Positions 1 to 11,141 of a stretch of DNA of 49,937 bases are shown piece after piece; the stretch's first letter is position 1, and the number at the start of each line of letters is the position of its first letter. Location: positions 305,851-355,787 of the forward strand of contig NW_008246103.1 of assembly GCF_000281045.1 (NCBI RefSeq), given 5' to 3'. The DNA is from Saprolegnia diclina VS20 (Eukaryota). The notes beneath the pieces were generated by a model. That model saw only the letters and a program-made list of their open reading frames with translations. It was not told where the DNA came from and made no database searches. The translations under genes and the position numbers were made by a program.

Positions 1-111
1 ACGGCCACGTGCGCAACAACTGCCTGAACTTGCAGCTAGTGTGCAAAGTTGGATGCATCTGGATCCCTAGATATGTCGTAGTGAACCAAGGGTATATAAG
101 AGATGCATCTA

Positions 112-944
112 TAGTGATTCGTTTCAAACGGCTCAAGGATAAAAACGTTTGTTTCATTGTTTAAAACGAGTTTAAAACGGGTTTAAAACGGGCAAATTTG
201 TTTCATTACGTGGCACTCTAGAAATCTTCAGTGGCCCAATCCACTTCTAAAGGGAACTCCTCGACATCTGCTACACTGTACTGTCCTCGACGAACGGAAA
301 GTTCTCCTCTGTGTCATCTTCATCATCTGGGCCTTGGTCTAGTTCTACCTCGGTGGCAGGTGCAATACGCACCGCCCCGAGACGCACAAGATGGTCGATA
401 TATTTGCTTTCTCTACTTGTGCTGTGGACGCGTGCGAGCTGCTTGCCATTAAAGGCGATGGCGACTTGACGCTGGGCATTGCAAAAGCCGATGCGGGAGC
501 ACTTTTGCGAGGCGACCCGCTTGGTCGTCTTGTGGTTGCGCTCGCCACTGACCGCACCCGTTGGCATCGCATGGACCTGGACAAGCAGCGGTGCTAAGTT
601 GGAGAGGCACGAGTCATCCATCATGGCCCACAGTAGATGCGGCTTGGTGCGTGAGTCGACGAAGAAATGGTCCGTGGTATGACGACTGGGTCCGCCGCCT
701 TGGGCATGATCGCGGGCCTTTGGAATCGAAAATTATTATTGGCAGTCAGTGGAATTGCTTAATTCACATACAAAAAGCAAGTACTTTACGAACCAAACAG
801 CGAAGAATTATTTTTTCCTTTTTTATTCGAAGTCCTCATACAAAAGTCAAGTTCTCTTGAATGAAACAAACGAAAAAAGATGGCTTGTTTGAAACGTGTT
901 TGAAACGTTTGTTTGAAACATCGAACAAAACAAACGAATCACTA
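112..944 (-). mobile_element. Internally deleted (non-autonomous) hAT-superfamily DNA transposon
   Basis: Perfect 13-bp inverted repeat TAGTGATTCGTTT (112-124) / AAACGAATCACTA (932-944). Subterminal repeats: TTTGTTTCAT twice and TTTAAAACG three times on the left; ATGAAACAAA and GTTTGAAAC three times on the right. The internal ORF resembles a hAT dimerization domain. No 8-bp TSD found. Confidence 0.7.
271..660 (-). pseudogene. hAT transposase C-terminal dimerization-domain remnant
   Basis: KPHLLWAMMDDSCLSNLAPLLVQVHAMPTGAVSGERNHKT...RIG...RQVAIAFN follows the hAT dimerization pattern W...L..L....P.....ER.........R........N, then an acidic tail. No catalytic core is present. Confidence 0.6.
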
Positions 945-1041
945 AGTGCACCCCAGCTACGCCCGAAAACGAAATGGGCTGAGCAAAAGGCGCGGGGATC
1001 GGTCAGCAAGTGGCCACGTGTTGCGCTCGACCGAATCGTTG

Positions 1042-1991
1042 NNNNNNNNNNNNNNNNNNNNNNNNNNNNNNNNNNNNNNNNNNNNNNNNNNNNNNNNNNN
1101 NNNNNNNNNNNNNNNNNNNNNNNNNNNNNNNNNNNNNNNNNNNNNNNNNNNNNNNNNNNNNNNNNNNNNNNNNNNNNNNNNNNNNNNNNNNNNNNNNNNN
1201 NNNNNNNNNNNNNNNNNNNNNNNNNNNNNNNNNNNNNNNNNNNNNNNNNNNNNNNNNNNNNNNNNNNNNNNNNNNNNNNNNNNNNNNNNNNNNNNNNNNN
1301 NNNNNNNNNNNNNNNNNNNNNNNNNNNNNNNNNNNNNNNNNNNNNNNNNNNNNNNNNNNNNNNNNNNNNNNNNNNNNNNNNNNNNNNNNNNNNNNNNNNN
1401 NNNNNNNNNNNNNNNNNNNNNNNNNNNNNNNNNNNNNNNNNNNNNNNNNNNNNNNNNNNNNNNNNNNNNNNNNNNNNNNNNNNNNNNNNNNNNNNNNNNN
1501 NNNNNNNNNNNNNNNNNNNNNNNNNNNNNNNNNNNNNNNNNNNNNNNNNNNNNNNNNNNNNNNNNNNNNNNNNNNNNNNNNNNNNNNNNNNNNNNNNNNN
1601 NNNNNNNNNNNNNNNNNNNNNNNNNNNNNNNNNNNNNNNNNNNNNNNNNNNNNNNNNNNNNNNNNNNNNNNNNNNNNNNNNNNNNNNNNNNNNNNNNNNN
1701 NNNNNNNNNNNNNNNNNNNNNNNNNNNNNNNNNNNNNNNNNNNNNNNNNNNNNNNNNNNNNNNNNNNNNNNNNNNNNNNNNNNNNNNNNNNNNNNNNNNN
1801 NNNNNNNNNNNNNNNNNNNNNNNNNNNNNNNNNNNNNNNNNNNNNNNNNNNNNNNNNNNNNNNNNNNNNNNNNNNNNNNNNNNNNNNNNNNNNNNNNNNN
1901 NNNNNNNNNNNNNNNNNNNNNNNNNNNNNNNNNNNNNNNNNNNNNNNNNNNNNNNNNNNNNNNNNNNNNNNNNNNNNNNNNNNNNNNNNNN
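1042..1991. other. Assembly gap (950 N)
   Basis: Run of N. Its size fits the roughly 900 bp missing from the 3' end of the first PLD gene, judged against its paralog. Confidence 0.99.
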
Positions 1992-3013
1992 ACGTCGTGC
2001 GTACCGACACTGGTATCGACGTCGACGGCGCTCAAGACGGCGTCGGCGGCGATCTCTTTCTGAGGTACGTTCCACGACGACTGGAGCGGCGCCGGGGGCG
2101 ACACAAACGGCTTGCCCAGCGGCGACCCCGGGTGGTCTGGGTCGTTCCATCGGTCCAAAAAATTGCCGAGAATATCGGTCGACGCTGGGCCATTGACGCG
2201 CGCGTGGACATCGACCCAGCCGTTAAAGTCGACTTGGATCTTGGCCGACGCGCGAAGGCTCGAGACGTTGTGGTGCTTGGTGTCCCAGCGATCGAGCGCT
2301 TGGTCGAGACCGCCGACGTACGCCGCGAGCTCGGTGCCGCGCGTGACGATCAAGCTCTTTTGATGGAGCGACCCGGACGGCCCGGGAATCCGGTTGTCGG
2401 TCATGAGCTGCACCGACGACGTGTTGGTCAACGGATGCGAGTTCATCCACGCAAAAATGTCGGTGACCTGGGCCAAGTCGATGAGGTTGGACCACACAAG
2501 GCCGTGCGCCTTGAGCTTGTTGGCTTCGATGGCCTTGCCCCACGTTGTCTTGAACGTTGCGGACGGGTCGATCTGCGGGATGTACGGAATGTCGTTGACC
2601 GACCAGCCCGTAAAGTACGCCGACGATGCCGACAAGACGTCCGTGTGCATCGACTCGAACGCCGCGCTCGTATCGGGGAAGACACGGACACGGTTCCCGG
2701 ATGTGGACGGCGTGAGCGACGACCGCACGACGCCGCCACGGCTCTTGGTGAGCTCGTCCTCGGTCAAAAACCAAGCGTTCGAGTCTAAAATTGGCTGCGT
2801 CGGTGCGATCTCGGACCCGTTCGACGTCGTCGTGGCCTGGAGTGGCAGCGGCTGGCACCCCTTGCGCAACGAAAACTCGCAGAGATGGCACGGCCGACAC
2901 ATGCACCAGTTGTTGAGCGCGTTCATCATCGACGAATCCCGCGTGCAAGTGACCGACCCCGAGACGACCGTCGCCGCGGCGAACGCGCTGAGATAGCACC
3001 ACACGTGAACCAT
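1992..3013 (-). CDS. Secreted phospholipase D-like protein, copy 1 (3' part lies in the gap)
   Basis: Signal-peptide-like N-terminus MVHVWCYLSAFAAATVVSG, Cys-rich cap CMCRPCHLC, first catalytic motif SLHQKSLIVT...YVGGLD, and WVDVHARV. Collinear with copy 2. Confidence 0.9.
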
Positions 3014-3998
3014 GTTTCTTCAAGTCGAGAAAAAGTTGGATAGTGAGTTGGAGTTTGCTGTTGGGCCAATCTCACAGCGCACGCGACGTGCACGATGATG
3101 TGATCCATGCGTGCTCGTGTAGTATCCATGATTGCCTAGACCTACACCTGCAGCACTGCCACCGTCCATCCGGCGTGATGTGTAACTGCCCACATTAAAA
3201 CAGATGTTGGTCATGATTGGACCGACTTTGGACGAGCATGCAGACTGCTCGACTCTGATTGGCGTTGGCCCGCACGCTCTCAACCGTCGCACGTGCCGAG
3301 ACGCCAAAAGAAAGACAAGTTGGTATTGCGGATGCAAACAGAAAGGGTGGATCCGTGCTTCAAGTGCAGTGGCCGTTGATGGAGATCACGGTGCGTGTCG
3401 CTAGAAAGGGACCAGGCCGCATCGTGTTGCCTTGCTCTTGCAGATGTGAAAGGACTTAGCATCAACCATGATGCATGACGATGTATCTGTATTGATGAAG
3501 GTTCGAGCAGCACGCCAAAGCAACCTCCAGTACCACTGCGGCGATGCGTGGGCAGTGCCCGGGATCACTCGACGAGACACAACTCGCCCAGGCTATGCAA
3601 AGCAAAGAGGTGGAGAAGCAAAGGCGCACGCACGGCGCGTGTCAACTACACTGTACGATACAGTGCATTGCACCTGGGCGAGGATGTTGCCTCGTAGCGC
3701 GTTTTGCGTCGAGGTGCTGGGAATGCTACAGCAAGGGCACTCGCCACACTGTGTATCCACAAAGCACAACAATATACAGTGTTGCAATCGTCATCACAAC
3801 ATCCTGGCAGCGCGATTGGCATGGCGTAACTTGAACCTTCCAAGACGAGTGAGCCATCGTCCAGGTTGTGTCATGTCAACGGCGCCACTATGTACGCAGA
3901 GTTGGGCCGGTTCTACCACCAGTTAAAACTTCTGCAGTCACAACCTTTGCTTCAAGTTAGTTGGTATGAGACTAACAAACTATAACCTAATTCATTTA

Positions 3999-4146
3999 TT
4001 TATATATATATGAACGTGTTCTGCGTTATCTTCATTATGACACCAAGACTTCGCATACGTAGCGCTACGCCTGAATGCGTGGGAGTTGGCACCAGCACTT
4101 GGTCGTTGGGAGTGAGCTGCGCACGGAGAGATCCATCCCGTGGGTA
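3999..4146 (-). mobile_element. Short non-LTR retroposon (SINE or 5'-truncated LINE 3' end), copy A
   Basis: Near-identical to 12937-13071 (3 substitutions seen outside the tail). (TA)n tail at the left end. Flanked by a 15-bp direct repeat AACCT[A/C]ATTCATTTA (3984-3998 / 4147-4161, 1 mismatch). Confidence 0.75.
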
Positions 4147-4349
4147 AACCTCATTCATTTACTTACTAAACGCTTCAAATCGAGAGTCGGTACATCGACG
4201 TCATTTGCTGCCGCTCGATCCCACGACTCGAACAATTCCGGCACCGCCGGTAGGACAGACGAGAGAATTTCGCATCGACACCTCCGACAGTCGAGTCGAC
4301 GACGTGTGCATGTACAAAAGTGATTCATTTTTATAGTTGATAAGTTCAC

Positions 4350-6263
4350 TCACCAATTCATGGACGATTCAAACGCCGCTTGTTCGTGGACCATGTAGTC
4401 GTCGAGGTCCGGGCAGTTGTAGATCGTGAGGCCCTTGGCCAAGCACGCACAAGTGACTTGCGTGACGCGGGCTTGGTTCGCGAGCCAGTCCGTGTTGCTG
4501 CAACCGACGTCGATCTCGCCATCTTCCAGCTTGGCGTTCGGGCACCGGCCATCGCCGTCAATGAGGTCCTTGTGAATATCCGTGTAGACGACCCAGAACG
4601 GCTTCTCGTAGATCAGGTACGGCTGGATCCACGCAGTCGGCGACGTCGCGTACGCCTCGAGCGCGTCGGCGGCGGCCAAAAACGACAGCTTGGCGAGGTC
4701 GACGGAAAAGCCAATCAGCTCGCTAAACTTGGCGATGCGGTAGTCCCGCGCATGCTTGGCGACCGTGATCGACCCGTCTTGGACAAGCGTCGTGTCGACG
4801 ACATTGGCACCAATCTCAGCGTCCGACGTCATGCTGCGGACGTTCCAGTTGCTCGAGCCGACCGAGACGTAGACGTCGTCGACGATCATCGACTTGGAGT
4901 GCACGTAGATTCCAAGGTGCGGCCGCGGCACGTAGATCTGGACCTTGTTGGGAAACTTCTCGAGCAGCGGCGCGATCATGTCAAACTGGTACTTTTGGTA
5001 CCCGACGGCGGCCTCGCTGCCTTCCGGCGTGACCGTGAAGATGACGAGGCGCTGGATACGCGGCAGGACCTTGAGCAGCTCGTCGAGGAGCTCGGGCACG
5101 TGGACAAAGTACTGGTCTTCAATGTAAATGTAGTTCTTGGCGTTCCGAATCGCCTTGATGCGGCCTGCGAGGATCGACGACTCGCCCTTCGGGGCAAACG
5201 ACTTGTAGCCCTTGTACTTGCAGCTAAACGTGCGGAGGACCTGGACGTCGTGGGGACCGGCGGCCGTATCGATGGTCACGCTGTCAAGAATCGACGCCGG
5301 CGCAATCACGTCCCGGGGCACGTTCCACGATGCCTGGAGGGGCACGGGGGGGTTCACGAGCGGGGGCCCCCACGCGGCACTTGGGTGCGCGGGATCGTTC
5401 CACCGATCAAGAAAGTTGCCGAGGATGTCGACGGCACCGGGGCCGTCAATGCGCGCGTGGACATCGAGCCAGCCGTGGCTGCTCACATCGACATGCGCCG
5501 ACGCGCGTAGCGCCGTCTCGTTGTGGTACTTGGTGTCCCATCGGTTGAGACCCGCGTCGAGGCCGCCGACGTACGACCAGAGGCGCTTGCCTTGCGTGAG
5601 TGAGAGCGTCTTTTGATGCAGTGAGCCTGTGATGGCGGGGACGCGGTCGTCGGTCATGAGCTGGACGTCGTCGGCCGGTAGCGAGTTCATCCACGCAAAC
5701 ATATCGGTGACGTTGCCAAGCTCGACGAGGTTTTCCCACACGAGACCGCGCACCTTGAGCTTGTGCTCGGCGATCGCTTTGCCCCACGTCGACTTGAAGG
5801 TGATGGACGGGTCGACCTGCGGCTTGTACTGGAGGTCGTGCATCGTCCAGCTCGTAAAGTACGCCGCGTTCGCGATCGTGACGTCGTCGTGCATGGCTGC
5901 AAATGCGCTGCTCGTGTCCGGGTAGACGTCGACGAGGTTGCCGGATGTCGCTGTCGCGAGCGACGTCCGGGACACACCGCCGCGGCTGCGCGTGAGCTCG
6001 GCTTCGGAGAGGAACCACGCAGTCGGGTCCGTAATCGGCTGCTTGGAGGGCATGTCCGACCCGTTCGAGAGCGAAATGGCGTTCGTCGCGATGGGCTGGC
6101 ATCCTCTGAGAAGCGAAAACTCGCAGAGATGGCACGGTTGACACATGCACCAGTTGCCAACAGCGCTCTTGATGGAGGGATCGCGGGTGCAGGTGAGAGC
6201 ACCAGCCGCGACCGCCGTGTGCAGCAAGAGACCCAGCGCTGTCGGTCGAGATACGATCACCAT
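4350..6263 (-). CDS. Secreted phospholipase D-like protein, copy 2 (637 aa, intronless)
   Basis: Signal-peptide-like N-terminus, Cys-rich cap, HQKTLSLT...YVGGLD, YIYIEDQYF, and canonical second motif YVHSKSMIVDD...GSSNWNVRS. Cys-rich C-terminal tail. Confidence 0.93.
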   Translation of the reverse strand: MVIVSRPTALGLLLHTAVAAGALTCTRDPSIKSAVGNWCMCQPCHLCEFSLLRGCQPIATNAISLSNGSDMPSKQPITDPTAWFLSEAELTRSRGGVSRTSLATATSGNLVDVYPDTSSAFAAMHDDVTIANAAYFTSWTMHDLQYKPQVDPSITFKSTWGKAIAEHKLKVRGLVWENLVELGNVTDMFAWMNSLPADDVQLMTDDRVPAITGSLHQKTLSLTQGKRLWSYVGGLDAGLNRWDTKYHNETALRASAHVDVSSHGWLDVHARIDGPGAVDILGNFLDRWNDPAHPSAAWGPPLVNPPVPLQASWNVPRDVIAPASILDSVTIDTAAGPHDVQVLRTFSCKYKGYKSFAPKGESSILAGRIKAIRNAKNYIYIEDQYFVHVPELLDELLKVLPRIQRLVIFTVTPEGSEAAVGYQKYQFDMIAPLLEKFPNKVQIYVPRPHLGIYVHSKSMIVDDVYVSVGSSNWNVRSMTSDAEIGANVVDTTLVQDGSITVAKHARDYRIAKFSELIGFSVDLAKLSFLAAADALEAYATSPTAWIQPYLIYEKPFWVVYTDIHKDLIDGDGRCPNAKLEDGEIDVGCSNTDWLANQARVTQVTCACLAKGLTIYNCPDLDDYMVHEQAAFESSMNW

Positions 6264-6282
6264 GATCACGCTCTGTGGTTTC

Positions 6283-6296
6283 AAAATGGAAAATGA
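6283..6296 (-). promoter_or_regulatory. Oomycete INR+FPR core promoter element
   Basis: Minus strand TCATTTTCCATTTT matches the YCATTYYNCAWTTT consensus about 20 nt upstream of the PLD2 ATG, with a CCAAT box just upstream. Confidence 0.6.
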
Positions 6297-8798
6297 AAAA
6301 GTGATTGGCGAGTTGTCGATTGGGAGGTGCACGGCACGAACGATTGCACTCGGTTCTCAACCCGCGAGGATGTGCAACACGATGGATCCTAGCGGTCGGA
6401 GCGTTCTCGGAAGGGTATCCCGTAGCGTGCGGCACGCAGTGATTGCGAAGATCGGCACTTGATGGACCAAAAACGGTCCGGGCTGCGTGGAGAACCAACA
6501 AAAGCGTCGCTTGGCGAGCGTCGCACCCTGTACGCACGGGTGCACCCATAGAACCGACGGTGCGTCCCACGTCTTACGAAACATCGGCACCCGTTCAGCG
6601 GTCTCGATCGCATCGATCGGTTCACTGCATTGCGTGCGACAGGCGCTGTAATGGACAACTTGTGCGTTTTGCGACATGTCGCAAATGAAATCCAGGTGGG
6701 GAACGTTCCAAGAAGAAAATGGACGCGTCGTCCACGCTGCGTGCGTGCGGCACGCCCGAGTTGGACAGGAGTCGCACCATGGTTGATGTCGATACTGTAC
6801 TGTGTTTCATAGTACACTTGCGCCTGCTTGGATACGACCTCTTGCAGCATGAAGTAGGAAACAGCTTCTCCAAAGCGATCAAGGGCCTATCGAGTCGTGT
6901 ACTGCCATGCTGTGATTGGAGCATAGTTTGTCCCTTGATGTGGCTGTGTTGCACGCATGCATCAACGTGCGAGTGCTCGCTAGGCGTGTGGTAGGAGCTA
7001 AAGTATGGTTTCACACAGCGTTGTAGGCACCTGAGAAAGTCGCATTCCAGTACACTGTTGGGAGCGAAGTCGCCGCAAGGGAGTCACGGAAAGTCGTTGG
7101 TCGGGCTTTGGTGGGTCTTGAGTGGGTCGCGGGCAGTCGCGAGGAAGTCACGAGTGGCGATTGAATAGTTTACGTGATGTAAATGCGAAACACGACCAGA
7201 TATTCCCGTCCCCAAATTCTATTGCACTCTGATGGTTTTGGAGATTTCAAATGCACAACCACCAAGCATCCCGTCGCCAAGCGCTGTGATTGGTCCGTTG
7301 AATCGCGCGTTTTTGTTCCGCAAAGCACCAACGTGATGTATACACGGCACACATGATTGGTCCATGTCGGGTCTATCAGTCTACGACTATTAGGTTTAGC
7401 GCCAAGACAGACAATGTTCTGCAACCTGAAGCTAGGTTTCGTATCGAAAAGCCGCGGGGGAAAAACGAGCTTGCCGACACGCCGTTGCAGACAATCAAAG
7501 TTCAAGCCATTGAAGTCGTCTCTACAAAGGCGACCACGGTGTAGCCACTACTGGTGCAAGTTCTTTGAACGTCGGTTAAACGGTGCCGCTACGCTTGCAG
7601 CTCGGAGCACCTCCACGACGGTTCTGTTTCATGAATCTACCAGAGGTGATAGACGATCGCAACACGACATTGCAGTTTTGACGCACTCCCCACCAAGTGC
7701 TTTAGTGGGTAGACATTTCCTGCAATATCTAAGGCATCGTTCGTAGCTAGAATGTATTTTGCAGCACGCAGTTCATTGGCGCTACCGAACGGCCCTTCGT
7801 CGCTCTTGAAAATGGCGTCGTTGGATGGCTTTCCAGGCAAATATGGATGCTGGTGCGACGACACGCCTTGCGCCCTTGTCGTTCCGGCAACTGTAAGCTT
7901 AGCGCTCCCCACGTCTCGTCATCCAAAGAAGCGGATGACCAAGATGCCACACCAGTCGGCCCACATAGACGTGGCACCTGCTGAGCTGTCTTTGCAGCGG
8001 CAAAGGACCCTGCCATGCGATACACTGGCGCCATCGCGGCAGTGGGATGGCCTAGTACGGCAGGTACATTGCTACTACTTGAAGCAAGATGCGCCTCTGG
8101 TGGCGACTTGTGAAGGCGAAAAAGCAATGTCGTCGCCTTGCATGGCGCGTCATTGATTGCGATCATGGCGAAAACACTTGCTTTATGGTCGGACAGAGCC
8201 GTCCACCAGCGCATCACCGCATGCGCACCGTTCGTTGGCGTGTTCGAAGAACGAGGTGGTCAGTCGCTGGAAGCACCCAGACACGGCCACCGAACAGCAA
8301 CGTCGAGATTGGAACTGCGCTCCTCTACTCGACCCATCTCCGTGGCCGCAGCTTCCTACTCGTACTGTACAGTCTGCAAGTCGCCTGCCGATCCAACCCA
8401 CGTCGCACCTCGAACGATGCGGACAGGGCTCCTTCTTCACCCAGCACACACCTTGCGGCGCCGCCGATCATTTTTCCAGCGTGTGCTCGTGGCCACCGAT
8501 TTCTGATGGTGCATCTTTGCACGGACGTCCGTCGAAGGTCGTCGCGCTGTTAGTAAGCCGCCGCCTCGACCCTCGCAGCTCATATACGTGTCAAGCGCGT
8601 GCAAGTTACTTTAGGAGATGGTGTCGTCGATGGCGCACCAAGCATCTAGGATACCGGCGGCGTCACGCTTGTTTGTGTGCTTGGTGGTCAGTCATATGGC
8701 GGGTCGGAACGGCTGGTCAGGTAACAAAAGTATGCACACTTGAGCTCCTTTCTCTGCCCCGATCTACGTGTGCACGGCTTGGCATTTCCGTATTTGCC

Positions 8799-9514
8799 AT
8801 GGCGACCGCAGTCGACGCGACCATCAAGGAGCCAACGCGGAGCAACTACGTGCTGCCGCTCGAGTACGTCATGCACCCGACCAAATGGGTCGACGACGAG
8901 CAGCGCGACAGCTGCCGCGTGTGCTCGCGCAGCTTTAACCTCCTTCGCCGCAAGCACCACTGCCGCGTCGTACGCGTCAATATCATCCATGGTGCCAAGC
9001 TCATGTGTACGCCTTGTAGTGCGGCGACCTCGCCTGCTCCAACTGCCTTGTCCGAGAAGCTGTCGAGATGACGCTGCCCGGTAAAAACGACGTCAAGGTC
9101 TGCTTGCTGTGCATTATCGTGCTGGACGAGACCGCACCATGTCCGTCGTCGCGCAGTAATGCTTCGTCGTGCTCGTCGCTCTCGTCGTCGTCGACGTCGA
9201 CTTCGATGACGAGCCGGAGTCACTCGGCGTCCTGCGATGTGCTCCTCGTCGACCGGCTTGCGAGCCCTCTTGAGTGGGTACCCAACCACTCGCGCCAATT
9301 CTGCCTCCTCTGCAAGGCGTCGTTCAATCCTTTTCGGCGCAAGCACCACTGCCGCGTGTGCGGAGAACTTGTCTGCAGTCAGTGTTTGATTCGCATGCCG
9401 GTCGCCCTCCCGCGCCAAATCACGGGCAAAACGACCACAAAGGCATGCGTCACCTGTGTCATGGACCACGTTGAACGCACACCCGTCGGTCGGTCAGGCC
9501 CGCGCTTCTATTGA
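8799..9514 (+). CDS. Tandem FYVE zinc-finger protein (2 exons; intron 8970-9019)
   Basis: Two RRKHHCRVCG motifs, preceded by WVDD and WVPN and followed by CxxC pairs, with a Ser-rich linker. The 50-bp GT-AG intron joins the two ORFs in frame. Confidence 0.9.
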
Positions 9515-11141
9515 GCGCGCCAGTATCGTATCGAACTCCATCCCTATTTTATAACCGCTGCAACGAGAGGTATTTATGTAACTGGTCAAGTGTTGATTCT
9601 TGTCCAGAGAGCACCTCGAGAGGCTCGACACGAAGATGACACACCTTCGTTGCTTGTCCGCTTAGATGGTTTTGTCCAACCTCTCTCATTGGTTTCCCAC
9701 CTGAGGCTAGGGTTTTCCCTCCACTCGGAGGTTTTGCCCACCTCTCTAATAGTTTGTATGTTGTTGTGTCTGGGTTGTAGTGAAGCCATGCCCGGCCAAT
9801 GCAAGCGTATGTCGCTGGAGAGTTATGACTCCAGGAAGCGAGTAGCCTAGAGTCTGGGAGTCTGTGTGTGGTGTAGATAGGATTGGGCTCGGTGCCATAT
9901 ACAGATGATGTCAGGTAGCGACCGTTGACGGTTGTGACCCTTCATGGAACCTCTTGACGATGGTCCCATCCGGCACAGCCTATCGTTCTTATCGTTCTAT
10001 CCACAACGCTGGCCTCCATAGTCTCAGTTCTGAATCTGTCTTCGTGGCGTAATGCAATACAACTGCCTGCTTCATGGGAAATGGCTCTCCCCTCGCTGCG
10101 TTGTTTGCGTTGCACTGCGGAAGCCACCACAATGTCCCGTAATGTCCTGAATACAATCCGGGTCATTGGTCGTGGGGACCCCACGGTCGCTTACTTCTGT
10201 TTTGGTTCCGTTCTGGCTTGCTCCCCGTGTGCCCCCTCTTCTTCTTCTTCCTCTTCTTAGCTTCGTTCCTCTGCTTTGTGCTTCGCTGTCCCAAGTGTCA
10301 GCTTGACAACTCTTAAAGGAGGCACAAGAATGTGCACACAAACACACGCAATATGTGTTCAATTGCGGTCTAGTCGTTGTGAATGTGTTGACCAGCTCCC
10401 GAGTTAAGGACCATCCCAATCGAGCAATTTTTCGCGCCAACGTTCGGGCAGCTCAAATGGAAATGTCAACGTAGAGTCATCGTCAAAACACAGGGGCAGA
10501 AGAGCGAATAATACATTAATACCAACAGCTTGCAGAGCGTCGGTTCCCGATTCGATTAAATATGGCTATTTATAGTAGATATGGCGCACGCCATATATAA
10601 TAAAATAGGTCGTAGCGATGGCTGTACGCCTTGTCTGACGATGCGACAAAGCACTTTGAGCTCGCACAAGTGTGCTCTATCAATGGGCGTAGTTTGAGCG
10701 ACGTCATTTTTCAACCGGCGGATCGACTTTGGTGAGTCGCTGCGGCAACGATTCAGATCCATTTCGGACTTTGCCGAATTTAGGAAATGAGTCATTACGC
10801 ATGTCGCAGATACGCCCTTCGTCGGGCTTCCTTCGCGGCCAACCGCCGTCTTTACGTCTCGTGTTCCCAACTCCAAGCACGTAAAACGCACTGCATTGCT
10901 GCTGTGAGCCATGCTGGCGATGCAGCCACCCTCGGCATCGTCGCATGCTGTTGAAATCTTCAGTGCGATCCGCCCGAAATTGAAATTCGGCCTTGAAGAT
11001 CCTAGTCTGAGGACAAAACCAGGCTTTTTCACTGAGTCATCCGCATGTCCCAGAAAAAGGCCTTGGCTCGTCGGCGCTGATTGGCTCGTCGAAATAGCTG
11101 CCGCTGATTAGGTAACAGTACCCAAACGGCCGGACGCTGGC

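Noticed and set aside
836..2788. Long ORFs spanning the N gap
   Set aside because: Artefacts of translating N as X. Only the PLD frame at 1992-3013 is supported.
3204..3404. RRTCRDAKRKTSWYCGC, faintly like a piggyBac Cys-rich C-terminal domain
   Set aside because: Too short and degenerate; no TIR, TTAA TSD or transposase core seen.
6400..8700. Short ORFs and possible TE relics between PLD2 and the FYVE gene
   Set aside because: No recognisable domain, consistent exon chain or terminal repeats.
9550..11000. Possible LTR or retroelement remnant with a CTT-rich tract
   Set aside because: No paired LTRs, PBS or gag/pol motifs identified.
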